DNA of 64,000 bases from the NCBI RefSeq assembly GCF_009914755.1, contig NC_060925.1; one strand, written 5' to 3'. This DNA is from the human T2T-CHM13v2.0 reference genome, Homo sapiens. The notes under the pieces are model-generated. The model ran no database searches, was not told the DNA's origin, and saw only the letters and a program-made list of their open reading frames with translations. This document shows positions 28,901 through 44,000 of the stretch, piece after piece. The first letter of the stretch is position 1, and each line of letters begins with the position of its first letter. A program made the translations under genes and the position numbers.

Positions 28901-31900
28901 GCAATCATCGAATGGTCTCGAATGGAATCATCTTCTAATGGAAAGGAATGGAATCATCGCATAGAATCGAATGGAATTATCATCGAATGGAATCGAATGG
29001 TATCAACACCAAACGGAAAAAAACGGAATTATCGAATGGAATCGAAGAGAATCTTCGAACGGACCCGAATGGAATCATCTAATGGAATGGAATGGAATAA
29101 TCCATGGACTCGAATGCAATCATCATCGAATGGAATGGAATGGAATCATCGAATGGACTCGAATGGAATAATCATTGAACGGAATCGAATGGAATCATCA
29201 TCGGATGGAAACGAATGGAATCATCATCGAATGGAAATGAAAGGAGTCATCATCTAATGGAATTGCATGGAATCATCATAAAATGGAATCGAATGGAATC
29301 AACATCAAATGGAATCAAATGGAATCATTGAACGGAATTGAATGGAATCGTCATCGAATGAATTGACTGCAATCATCGAATGGTCTCGAATGGAATCATC
29401 TTCAAATGGAATGGAATGGAATCATCGCATAGAATCGAATGGAATTATCATCGAATGGAATCGAATGGAATCAACATCAAACGGAAAAAAACGGAATTAT
29501 CGAATGGAATCGAAGAGAATCATCGAATGGACCCGAATGGAATCATCTAATGGAATGGAATGGAATAATCCATGGACTCGAATGCAATCATCATCGAATG
29601 GAATCGAATGGAATCATCGAATGGACTCGAATGGAATAATCATTGAACGGAATCGAATGGAATCATCATCGGATGGAAATGAATGGAATCATCATCGAAT
29701 GGAATCGAATAGAATTATGGAATGAAATCCAGTGTGATCATCATCGAATGGACCCGAATGGAATCATCATCCAACGGAAGCTAATGGAATCAACATCGAA
29801 TGAATCGAATGGAAACACCATCGAATTGAAACGAATGGAATTATCATGAAATTGAAATGGATGGACTCATCATCGAATGGATTCGAATGGAATCATCGAA
29901 TAAAATTGATTGAAATCATCATCCAATGGAATCGAATGGTATCATTGAATGGAATCGAATGGAATCATCATCAGATGGAAATGAATGGAATCGTCATAGA
30001 ATGGAATCGAATGGATTCATTGAATGGAATCAGATGGAATCATCGAATGGACTGGAATGGAATCATTGAATGGACTCGAAAGGGATCATTATTGAATGGA
30101 ATTGAATGGAATCATCGAATGGTCTCGATTGGAATCATTATCAAATGGAATGGAATGGAATCACCGAATAGAATCGAATGGAACAATCATCGAATGGACT
30201 CAAATGGAATTATCCTCCAATGGAATCGAATGGAATTATCGAATGCAATCGAATGGAATTATCGAATGCAATCGAATAGAATCATCGAATGGACTCGAAT
30301 GGAATCATCGAATGGAATGGAATGGAACAGTCAATGAACTCGAATGGAATCATCATTGAATGGAATCGAATGGAATCATCGAGTGGAATCGAATGGAATT
30401 ATGATCAAATGGAATCGAATGTAATCCTCATCAAATGGAATCAAAAATAACCATCATCAATTGGTATTGAATGGAATTGTCATCAAATGGAATTCAAAGG
30501 AATCATCATCAAATGGAACCGAATGGAATCCTCATTGAATGGAAATGAAAGGGGTCATCATCTAATGGAATCGCATGGAATCATCATCAAATGGAATCGA
30601 ATGGAATCATCATCAAATGGAATCTAATGGAATCATTGAACAGAATTGAATGGAATCGTCATCGAATGAATTGAATGCAATCATCGAATGGTCTCGAATG
30701 GAATCATCTTCTAATGGAAAGGAATGGAATCATCGCATAGAATCGAATGGAATTATCATCGAATGGAATCGAATGGTATCAACATCAAACGGAAAAAAAC
30801 GGAATTATCGAATGGAATCGAAGAGAATCTTCGAACGGACCCGAATGGAATCATCTAATGGAATGGAATGGAATAATCCATGGACTCGAATGCAATCATC
30901 ATCGAATGGAATGGAATGGAATCATCGAATGGACTCGAATGGAATAATCATTGAACGGAATCGAATGGAATCATCATCGGATGGAAACGAATGGAATCAT
31001 CATCGAATGGAAATGAAAGGAGTCATCATCTAATGGAATTGCATGGAATCATCATAAAATGGAATCGAATGGAATCAACATCAAATGGAATCAAATGGAA
31101 TCATTGAACGGAATTGAATGGAATCGTCATCGAATGAGTTGACTGCAATCATCGAATGGTCTCGAATGGAATCATCTTCAAATGGAATGGAATGGAATCA
31201 TCGCATAGAATCGAATGGAATTATCATCGAATGGAATCGAATGGAATCAACATCAAACGGAAAAAAACGGAATTATCGAATGGAATCGAAGAGAATCATC
31301 GAATGGACCCGAATGGAATCATCTAATGGAATGAAATGGAATAATCCATGGACTCGAATGCAATCATCATCGAATGGAATCGAATGGAATCATCGAATGG
31401 ACTCGAATGGAATAATCATTGAACGGAATCGAATGGAATCATCATCGGATGGAAATGAATGGAATCATCATCGAATGGAATCGAATAGAATTATGGAATG
31501 AAATCCAGTGTGATCATCATCGAATGGACCCGAATGGAATCATCATCCAACGGAAGCTAATGGAATCAACATCGAATGAATCGAATGGAAACACCATCGA
31601 ATTGAAACGAATGGAATTATCATGAAATTGAAATGGATGGACTCATCATCGAATGGATTCGAATGGAATCATCGAATAAAATTGATTGAAATCATCATCC
31701 AATGGAATCGAATGGTATCATTGAATGGAATCGAATGGAATCATCATCAGATGGAAATGAATGGAATCGTCATAGAATGGAATCGAATGGATTCATTGAA
31801 TGGAATCAGATGGAATCATCGAATGGACTGGAATGGAATCATTGAATGGACTCGAAAGGGATCATTATTGAATGGAATTGAATGGAATCATCGAATGGTC

Positions 31901-32095
31901 TCGATTGGAATCATTATCAAATGGAATCGAATGGAATCACCGAATAGAATCGAATGGAACAATCATCGAATGGACTCAAATGGAATTATCCTCCAATGGA
32001 ATCGAATGGAATTATCGAATGCAATCGAATGGAATTATCGAATGCAATCGAATAGAATCATCGAATGGACTCGAATGGAATCATCGAATGGAATG
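16950..32095 (+). repeat. Recent tandem duplication, 2 x 7572 bp (4x1776 + 468)
   Basis: Rare variants recur at +7572: CTCGAACGGA 16971/24543; TGATCTCG 17321/24893; CTAATTGAAT 19731/27303; AAACAGAATTATCGTATGG 20141/27713; GAGTTGACTGC ~23564/~31136. The ORF track repeats with the same offset (17750/25322, 19526/27098). Boundaries are approximate (+/-30 bp). Confidence 0.92.
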
Positions 32096-35000
32096 GAATG
32101 GAACAGTCAATGAACTCGAATGGAATCATCATTGAATGGAATCGAATGGAATCATCGAGTGGAATCGAATGGAATTATGATCAAATGGAATCGAATGTAA
32201 TCCTCATCAAATGGAATCAAAAATAACCATCATCAATTGGTATTGAATGGAATTGTCATCAAATGGAATTCAAAGGAATCATCATCAAATGGAACCGAAT
32301 GGAATCCTCATTGAATGGAAATGAAAGGGGTCATCATCTAATGGAATCGCATGGAATCATCATCAAATGGAATCGAATGGAATCATCATCAAATGGAATC
32401 TAATGGAATCATTAAACAGAATTGAATGGAATCGTCATCGAATGAATTGAATGCAATCATCGAATGGTCTCGAAAGGGATCATCTTCTAATGGAAAGGAA
32501 TGGAATCATCGCATAGAATCGAATGGAATTATCATCGAATGGAATCGAATGGTATCAACACCAAACGGAAAAAAACGGAATTATCGAATGGAATCGAAGA
32601 GAATCTTCGAACGGACCCGAATGGAATCATCTAATGGAATGGAATGGAATAATCCATGGACTCGAATGCAATCATCATCGAATGGAATCGAATGGAATCA
32701 TCGAATGGACTCGAATGGAATAATCATTGAACGGAATCGAATGGAATCATCATCGGATGGAAACGAATGGAATCATCATCGAATGGAAATGAAAGGAGTC
32801 ATCATCTAATGGAATTGCATGGAATCATCATAAAATGGAATCGAATGGAATCAACATCAAATGGAATCAAATGGAATCATTGAACGGAATTGAATGAAAT
32901 CGTCATCGAATGAATTGAATGCAATCATAGAATGGTCTCGAATGGAATCATCTTCAAATGGAATGGAATGGAATCATCGCATAGAATCGAATGGAATTAT
33001 CATCGAATGGAATCGAATGGAATCAACATCAAACGGAAAAAAAAGTAATTATCGAATGGAATCGAAGAGAATCATCGAATGGACCCGAATGGAATCATCT
33101 AATGGAATGGAATGGAATAATCCATGGACTCGAATGCAATCATCATCGAATGGAATCGAATGGAATCATCGAATGGACTCGAATGGAATAATCATTGAAC
33201 GGAATCGAATGGAATCATCATCGGATGGAAATGAATGGAATCATCATCGAATGGAATCGAATAGAATTATGGAATGAAATCCAGTGTGATCATCATCGAA
33301 TGGACCCGAATGGAATCATCATCCAACGGAAGCTAATGGAATCAACATCGAATGAATCAAATGGAAACACCATCGAATTGAAACGAATGGAATTATCATG
33401 AAATTGAAATGGATGGACTCATCATCGAATGGATTCGAATGGAATCATCGAATAAAATTGATTGAAATCATCATCGAATGGAATCGAATGGTATCATTGA
33501 ATGGAATCGAATGGAATCATCATCAGATGGAAATGAATGGAATCGTCATAGAATGGAATCGAATGGATTCATTGAATGGAATCAGATGGAATCATCGAAT
33601 GGACTGGAATGGAATCATTGAATGGACTCGAAAGGGATCATGATTGAATGGAATTGAATGGAATCATCGAATGGTCTCGATTGGAATCATTATCAAATGG
33701 AATCGAATGGAATCACCGAATAGAATCGAATGGAACAATCATCGAATGGACTCAAATGGAATTATCCTCAAATGGAATCGAATGGAATTATCGAATGCAA
33801 TCGAATGGAATTATCGAATGCAATCGAATATAATGATCGAATGGACTCGAATGGAATCATCGAATGGAATGGAATGGAACAGTCAATGAACTCGAATGGA
33901 ATCATCATTGAATGGAATCGAACGGAATCATCGAGTGGAATCGAATGGAATTATGATCAAATTGCAATCGAATGTAATCCTCATCAAATGGAATCAAAAA
34001 TAACCATCATCAATTGGTATTGAATGGAATTGTCATCAAATGGAATTCAAAGGAATCATCATCAAATGGAACCGAATGGAATCCTCATTGAATGGAAATG
34101 AAAGGGGTCATCATCTAATGGAATCGCATGGAATCATCATCAAATGGAATCGAATGGAATCATCATCAAATGGAATCTAATGGAATCATTGAACAGAATT
34201 GAATGGAATCGTCATCGAATGAATTGAATGCAATCATCGAATGGTCTCGAATGGAATCATCTTCTAATGGAAAGGAATGGAATCATCGCATAGAATCGAA
34301 TGGAATTATCATCGAATGGAATCGAATGGTATCAACACCAAACGGAAAAAAACGGAATTATCGAATGGAATCGAAGAGAATCTTCGAACGGACCCGAATG
34401 GAATCATCTAATGGAATGGAATGGAATAATCCATGGACTCGAATGCAATCATCATCGAATGGAATCGAATGGAATCATCGAATGGACTCGAATGGAATAA
34501 TCATTGAACGGAATCGAATGGAATCATCATCGGATGGAAACGAATGGAATCATCATCGAATGGAAATGAAAGGAGTCATCATCTAATGGAATTGCATGGA
34601 ATCATCATAAAATGGAATCGAATGGAATCAACATCAAATGGAATCAAATGGAATCATTGAACGGAATTGAATGGAATCGTCATCGAATGAATTGACTGCA
34701 ATCATCGAATGGTCTCGAATGGAATCAACTTCAAATGGAATGGAATGGAATCATCGCATAGAATCGAATGGAATTATCATCGAATGGAATCGAATGGAAT
34801 CAACATCAAACGGAAAAAAACGGAATTATCGAATGGAATCGAAGAGAATCATCGAATGGACCCGAATGGAATCATCTAATGGAATGGAATGGAATAATCC
34901 ATGGACTCGAATGCAATCATCATCGAATGGAATCGAATGGAATCATCGAATGGACTCGAATGGAATAATCATTGAACGGAATCGAATGGAATCATCATCG

Positions 35001-38000
35001 GATGGAAATGAATGGAATCATCATCGAATGGAATCGAATAGAATTATGGAATGAAATCCAGTGTGATCATCATCGAATGGACCCGAATGGAATCATCATC
35101 CAACGGAAGCTAATGGAATCAACATCGAATGAATCGAATGGAAACACCATCGAATTGAAACGAATGGAATTACCATGAAATTGAAATGGATGGACTCATC
35201 ATCGAATGGATTCGAATGGAATCATCGAATAAAATTGATTGAAATCATCATCCAATGGAATCGAATGGTATCATTGAATGGAATCGAATGGAATCATCAT
35301 CAGATGGAAATGAATGGAATCGTCATAGAATGGAATCGAATGGATTCATTGAATGGAATCAGATGGAATCATCGAATGGACTGGAATGGAATCATTGAAT
35401 GGACTCGAAAGGGATCATTATTGAATGGAATTGAATGGAATCATCGAATGGTCTCGATTGGAATCATTATCAAATGGAATGGAATGGAATCACCGAATAG
35501 AATCGAATGGAACAATCATCGAATGGACTCAAATGGAATTATCCTCCAATGGAATCGAATGGAATTATCGAATGCAATCGAATGGAATTATCGAATGCAA
35601 TCGAATAGAATCATCGAATGGACTCGAATGGAATCATCGAATGGAATGGAATGGAACAGTCAATGAACTCGAATGGAATCATCATTGAATGGAATCGAAT
35701 GGAATCATCGAGTGGAATCGAATGGAATTATGATCAAATGGAATCGAATGTAATCCTCATCAAATGGAATCAAAAATAACCATCATCAATTGGTATTGAA
35801 TGGAATTGTCATCAAATGGAATTCAAAGGAATCATCATCAAATGGAACCGAATGGAATCCTCATTGAATGGAAATGAAAGGGGTCATCATCTAATGGAAT
35901 CGCATGGAATCATCATCAAATTGAATCGAATGGAATCATCATCAAATGGAATCTAATGGAATCATTAAACAGAATTGAATGGAATCGTCATCGAATGAAT
36001 TGAATGCAATCATCGAATGGTCTCGAATGGAATCATCTTCTAATGGAAAGGAATGGAATCATCGCATAGAAACGAATGGAATTATCATCGAATGGAATCG
36101 AATGGTATCAACACCAAACGGAAAAAAACGGAATTATCGAATGGAATCGAAGAGAATCTTCGAACGGACCCGAATGGAATCATCTAATGGAATGGAATGG
36201 AATAATCCATGGACTCGAATGCAATGATCATCGAATGGAATCCAATGGAATCATCGAATGGACTGGAATGGAATAATCATTGAACGGAATTGAATTGAAT
36301 CATCATCGGATGGAAACGAATGGAATCATCATCGAATGGAAATGAAAGGAGTCATCATCTAATGGAATTGCATGGAATCATCATAAAATGGAATCGAATG
36401 GAATCAACATCAAATGGAATCAAATGGAATCATTGAACGGAATTGAATGGAATCGTCATCGAATAAATTGAATGCAATCATCGAATGGTCTCGAATGGAA
36501 TCATCTTCAAATGGAATGGAATGGAATCATCGCATAGAATCGAATGGAATTATCATCGAATGGAATCGAATGGAATCAACATCAAACGGAAAAAAACGGA
36601 ATTATCGAATGGAATCGAAGAGAATCATCGAATGGACCCGAATGGAATCATCTAATGGAATGGAATGGAATAATCCATGGACTCGAATGCAATCATCATC
36701 GAATGGAATCGAATGGAATCATCGAATGGACTCGAATGGAATAATCATTGAACGGAATCGAATGGAATCAATATCGGATGGAAATGAAAGGAGTCATCAT
36801 CTAATGGAATTGCATGGAATCATCATAAAATGGAATCGAATGGAATCAACATCAAATGGAATCAAATGGAATCATTGAACGGAATTGAATGGAATCGTCA
36901 TCGAATGAATTGAATGCAATCATCGAATGGTCTCGAATGGAATCATCTTCAAATGGAATGGAATGGAATCATCGCATAGAATCGAATGGAATTATCATCG
37001 AATGGAATCGAATGGAATCAACATCAAACGGAAAAAAACGGAATTATCGAATGGAATCGAAGAGAATCATCGAATGGACCCGAATGGAATCATCTAATGG
37101 AATGGAATGGAATAATCCATGGACTCGAATGCAATCATCATCGAATGGAATCGAATGGAATCATCCAATGGACTCGAATGGAATAATCATTGAACGGAAT
37201 CGAATGGAATCATCATCGGATGCAAATGAATGGAATCATCATCGAATGGAATCGAATAGAATTATGGAATGAAATCCAGTGTGATCATCATCGAATGGAC
37301 CCGAATGGAATCATCATCCAACGGATGCTAATGGAATCAACATCGAATGAATCAAATGGAAACACCATCGAATTGAAACGTATGGAATTACCATGAAATT
37401 GAAATGGATGGACTCATCATCGAATGGATTCGAAAGGAATCAACGAATAAAATTGATTGAAATCATCATCGAATGGAATCGAATGGTATCATTGAATGGA
37501 ATCGAATGGAATCATCATCAGATGGAAATGAATGGAATCGTCATAGAATGGAATCGAATGGATTCATTGAATGGAATCAGATGGAATCATCGAATGGACT
37601 GGAATGGAATCATTGAATGGACTCGAAAGAGATCATGATTGAATGGAATTGAATGGAATCATCGAATGGTCTCGATTGGAATCATTATCAAATGGAATCG
37701 AATGGAATCACCGAATAGAATCGAATGGAACAATCATCGAATGGACTCAAATGGAATTATCCTCAAATGGAATCGAATGGAATTATCGAATGCAATCGAA
37801 TGGAATTATCGAATGCAATCGAATAGAATCATCGAATGGACTCGAATGGAATCATCGAATGGAATGGAATGGAACAGTCAATGAACTCGAATGGAATCAT
37901 CATTGAATGGAATCGAATGGAATCATCGAGTGGAATCGAATGGAATTATGATCAAATGGAATCGAATGTAATCATCTTCAAATGGAATCAAAAATAACCA

Positions 38001-41000
38001 TCATCAATTGGTATTGAATGGAATTGTCATGAAATGGAATTCAAAGGAATCATCATCAAATGGAACCGAATGGAATCCTCATTGAATGGAAATGAAAGGG
38101 GTCATCATCTAATGGAATCGCATGGAATCATCATCAAATGGAATCGAATGGAATCATCATCAAATGGAATCTAAAGGAATCATTGAACAGAATTTAATGG
38201 AATCGTCATTGAATGAATTGAATGCAATCATCGAATGGTCTCGAATGGAACCATCTTCTAATGGAAAGGAATGGAATCATCGCATAGAATCGAATGGAAT
38301 TGTCATCGAATGGAATCGAATGGTATCAACACCAAACGGAAAAAAACGGAATTATCGAATGGAATCGAAGAGAATCTTCGAACGGACCCGAATGGAATCA
38401 TCTAATGGAATGGAATGGAATAATCCAAGGACTCGAATGCAATCATCATCGAATGGAATCGAATGGAATCATCGAATGGACTCGAATGGAATAATCATTG
38501 AACGGAATCGAATGGAATCATCATCGGATGGAAACGAATGGAATCATCATCGAATGGGAATGAAAGGAGTCATCATCTAATGGAATTGCATGGAATCATC
38601 ATAAAATGGAATCGAATGGAATCAACATCAAATGGAATCAAATGGAATCATTGAACGGAATTGAATGGAATCGTCATCGAATGAATTGAATGCAATCATC
38701 GAATGGTCTCGAATGGAATCATCTTCAAATGGAATGGAATGGAATCATCGCATAGAATCGAATGGAATTATCATCGAATGGAATCGAATGGTATCAACAT
38801 CAAACGGAAAATAACGGAATTATCGAATGGAATCGAAGAGAATCTTCGAACGTACCCGAATGGAATCATCTAATGGAGTGGAATGGAATAATCCATGGAC
38901 TCGAATGCAATCATCATCGAATGGAATCGAATGGAATCATCGAATGGACTCGAATGGAATAATCATTGAACGGAATCGAATGGAATCATCATCGGATGGA
39001 AATGAATGGAATCATCATCGAATGGAATCGAATAGAATTATGGAATGAAATCCAGTGTGATCATCATCGAATGGACCCGAATGGAATCATCATCCAACGG
39101 AAGCTAATGGAATCAACATCGAATGAATCGAATGGAAACACCATCGAATTGAAACGAATGGAATTATCATGAAATTGAAATGGATGGACTCATCATCGAA
39201 TGGATTCGAATGGAATCATCGAATAAAATTGATTGAAATTATCATCAAATGGAATCGAATGGTATCATTGAATGGAATCGAATGGAATCATCATCAGATG
39301 GAAATGAATGGAATCGTCATAGAATGGAATCGAATGGATTCATTGAATGGAATCAGATGGAATCATCGAATGGACTGGAATGGAATCATTGAATGGACTC
39401 GAAAGGGATCATTATTGAATGGAATTGAATGGAATCATCGAATGGTCTCGATTGGAATCATTATCAAATGGAATCGAATGGAATCACCGAATAGAATCGA
39501 ATGGAACAATCATCGAATGGACTCAAATGGAATTATCCTCAAATGGAATCGAATGGAATTATCGAATGCAATCGAATGGAATTATCGAATGCAATCGAAT
39601 AGAATCATCGAATGGACTCGAATGGAATCATCGAATGGAATGGAATGGAACAGTCAATGAACTCGAATGGAATCATCATTGAATGGAATCGAATGGAATC
39701 ATCGAGTGGAATCGAATGGAATTATGATCAAATGGAATCGAATGTAATCATCATCAAATGGAATCAAAAATAACCATCATCAATTGGTATTGAATGGAAT
39801 TGTCATCAAATGGAATTCAAAGGAAACATCATCAAATGGAACCGAATGGAATCCTCATTGAATGGAAATGAAAGGGGTCATCATCTAATGGAATCGCATG
39901 GAATCATCATCAAATGGAATCGAATGGAATCATCATCAAATGGAATCTAATGGAATCATTGAACAGAATTTAATGGAATCGTCATCGAATGAATTGAATG
40001 CAATCATCGAATGGTCTCGAATGGAACCATCTTCTAATGGAAAGGAATGGAATCATCGCATAGAATCGAATGGAATTCTCATCGAATGGAATCGAATGGT
40101 ATCAACACCAAACGGAAAAAAACGGAAATATCGAATGGAATCGAAGAGAATCTTCGAACGGACCCGAATGGAATCATCTAATGGAATGGAATGGAATAAT
40201 CCATGGACTCGAATGCAATCATCATCGAATGGAATCGAATGGAATCATCGAATGGACTCGAATGGAATAATCATTGAACGGAATCGAATGGAATCATCAT
40301 CGGATGGAAACGAATGGAATCATCATCGAATGGAAATGAAAGGAGTCATCATCTAATGGAATTGCATGGAATCATCACCAAATGGAATCGAATGGAATCA
40401 ACATCAAATGGAATCAAATGGAATCATTGAATGGAATTGAATGGAATCGTCATTGAATGAATTGAATGCAATCATCGAATGGTCTCGAATGGAATCATCT
40501 TCAAATGGAATGGAATGGAATCATCGCATAGAATCGAATGGAATTATCATCGAATGGAATCGAATGGAATCAACATCAAACGGAAAAAAACGGAATTATC
40601 GAATGGAATCGAAGAGAATCATCGAATGGACCCGAATGGAATCATCTAATGGAATGGAATGGAATAATCCATGGACTCGAATGCAATCATCATCGAATGG
40701 AATCGAATGGAATCATCGAATGGACTCGAATGGAATAATCATTGAACGGAATCGAATGGAATCATCATCGGATGGAAATGAATGGAATCATCATCGAATG
40801 GAATCGAATAGAATTATGGAATGAAATCCAGTGTGATCATCATCGAATGGACCCGAATGGAATCATCATCCAACGGAAGCTAATGGAATCAACATCGAAT
40901 GAATCAAATGGAAACACCATCGAATTGAAACGAATGGAATTACCATGAAATTGAAATGGATGGACTCATCATCAAATGGATTCGAGTGGAATCATCGAAT

Positions 41001-44000
41001 AAAATTGATTGAAATCATCATCGTATGGAATCGAATGGTATCATTGAATGGAATCGAATGGAATCATCTTCAGATGGAAATGAAAGGAATCATCATAGAA
41101 TGGAATCGAATGGATTCATTGAATGGAATCAGATGGAATCATTGAATGGACTGGAATGGAATCATTGAATGGACTCGAAAGGGATCATTATTGAATGGAA
41201 TTGAATGGAATCATCGAATGGTCTCGATTGGAATCATTATCAAATGGAATCGAATGGAATCACCGAATAGAATCGAATGGAACAATCATCGAATGGACTC
41301 AAATGGAATTATCCTCAAATGGAATGGAATGGAATTATCGAATGCAATCGAATGGAATTATCGAATGCAATCGAATATAATGATCGAATGGACTCGAATG
41401 GAATCATCGAATGGAATGGAATGGAACAGTCAATGAACTCGAATGGAATCATCATTGAATGGAATCGAATGGAATCATCGAGTGGAATCGAATGTAATCA
41501 TCATCAAATGGAATCGAATGTAATCATCATCAAGTGGAATCAAAAATAACCATCATCAATTGGTATTGAATGGAATTCTCATCAAATGGAATTCAAAGGA
41601 ATCATCATCAAATGGAACCGAATGGAATCCTCATTGAATGGAAATGAAAGGGGTCATCATCTAATGGAATCGCATGGAATCATCATCAAATGGAATCGAA
41701 TGGAATCATCATCAAATGGAATCTAATGGAATCATTGAAAAGAATTGAATGGAATCGTCATCGAATGAATTGAATGCAATCATCGAATGGTCTCGAATGG
41801 AATCATCTTCTAATGGAAAGGAATGGAATCATCGCATAGAATCGAATGGAATTATCATCGAATGGAATCGAATGGTATCAACACCAAACGGAAAAAAACG
41901 GAATTATCGGATGGAATCGAAGAGAATCTTCGAACGGACCCGAATGGAATCATCTAATGGAATGAAATGGAATAATCCATGGACTCGAATGCAATCATCA
42001 TCGAATGGAATCGAATGGAATCATCGAATGGACACGAATGGAATAATCATTGAACGGAATCGAATGGAATCATCATCGGATGGAAACGAATGGAATCATC
42101 ATCGAATGGAAATGAAAGGAGTCATCATCTAATGGAATTGCATGGAATCATCATAAAATGGAATCGAATGGAATCAACATCAAATGGAATCAAATGGAAT
42201 CATTGAACGGAATTGAATGGAATCGTCATCGAATGAATTGACTGCAATCATCGAATGGTCTCGAATGGAATCATCTTCAAATGGAATGGAATGGAATCAT
42301 CGCATAGAATCGAATGGAATTATCATCGAATGGAATCGAATGGAATCAACATCAAACGGAAAAAAACGGAATTATCGAATGGAATCGAAGAGAATCATCG
42401 AATGGACCCGAATGGAATCATCTAATGGAATGGAATGGAATAATCCATGGACTCGAATGCAATCATCATCGAATGGAATCGAATGGAATCATCGAATGGA
42501 CTCGAATGGAATAATCATTGAACGGAATCGAATGGAATCATCATCGGATGGAAATTAAAGGAGTCATCATCTAATGGAATTGCATGGAATCATCATAAAA
42601 TGGAATCGAATTGAATCAACATTAAATGGAATCAAATGGAATCATTGAACGGAATTGAATGGAATCGTCATCGAATGAATTGAATGCAATCATCGAATGG
42701 TCTCGAATGGAATCATCTTCAAATGGAATGGAATGGAATCATCGCATAGAATCGAATGGAATTATCATCGAATGGAATCGAATGGAATCAACATCAAACG
42801 GAAAAATACGGAATTATCGAATGGAATCGAAGAGAATCATCGAATGGACCCGAATGGAATCATCTAATGGAATGGAATGGAATAATCCATGGACTCGAAT
42901 GCAATCATCATCGAATGGAATCGAATGGAATCATCGAATGGACTCGTATGGAATAATGATTGAACGGAATCGAATGGCATCGTCATCGGATGGAAATGAA
43001 TGGAATCATCATCGAATGGAATCGAATAGAATTATGGAATGAAATCCAGTGTGATCATCATCGAATGGACCCGAATGGAATCATCATCCAACGGAAGCTA
43101 ATGGAATCAACATCGAATGAATCGAATGGAAACACCATCGAATTGAAACGAATGGAATTACCATGAAATTGAAATGGATGGACTCATCATCGAATGGATT
43201 CGAATGGAATCATCGAATAAAATTGATTGAAATCATAATCGAATGGAATCGAATGGTATCATTGAATGGAATCGAATGGAATCATCATCAGATGGAAATG
43301 AATGGAATCGTCATAGAATGGAATCGAATGGATTCATTGAATGGAATCAGATGGAATCATCGAATGGACTGGAATGGAATCATTGAATGGACTCGAAAGG
43401 GATCATTATTGAATGGAATTGAATGGAATCATCGAATGGTCTCGATTGGAATCATTATCAAATGGAATCGAATGGATTCACCGAATAGAATCGAATGGAA
43501 CAATCATCGAATGGACTCAAATGGAATTATCCTCAAATGGAATCGAATGGAATTATCGAATGCAATCGAATGGAATTATCGAATGCAATCGAATAGAATC
43601 ATCGAATGGACTCGAATGGAATCATCGAATGGAATGGAATGGAACAGTCAATGAACTCGAATGGAATCATCATTGAATGGAATCGAATGGAATCATCGAG
43701 TGGAATCGAATGGAATTATGATCAAATGGAATCGACTGTAATCATCATCAAATGGAATCAAAAATAACCATCATCAACTGGTATTGAATGGAATTCTCAT
43801 CAAATGGAATTCAAAGGAATCATCATCAAATGGAACCGAATGGAATCCTCATTGATTGGAAATGAAAGTGGTCATCATCTAATGGAATCGCATGGAATCA
43901 TCATCAAATGGAATCGAATGGAATCATCATCAAATGGAATCTGATGGAATCATTGAACAGAATTGAATGGAATCGTCATCGAATGAATTGAATGCAATCA

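Noticed and set aside
33955-33970. Isolated 1-bp indels (here +1; also -1 at ~4846 and ~54836)
   Set aside because: These are single private events that cannot be distinguished from ordinary mutation or sequencing error, and they have no structural significance.
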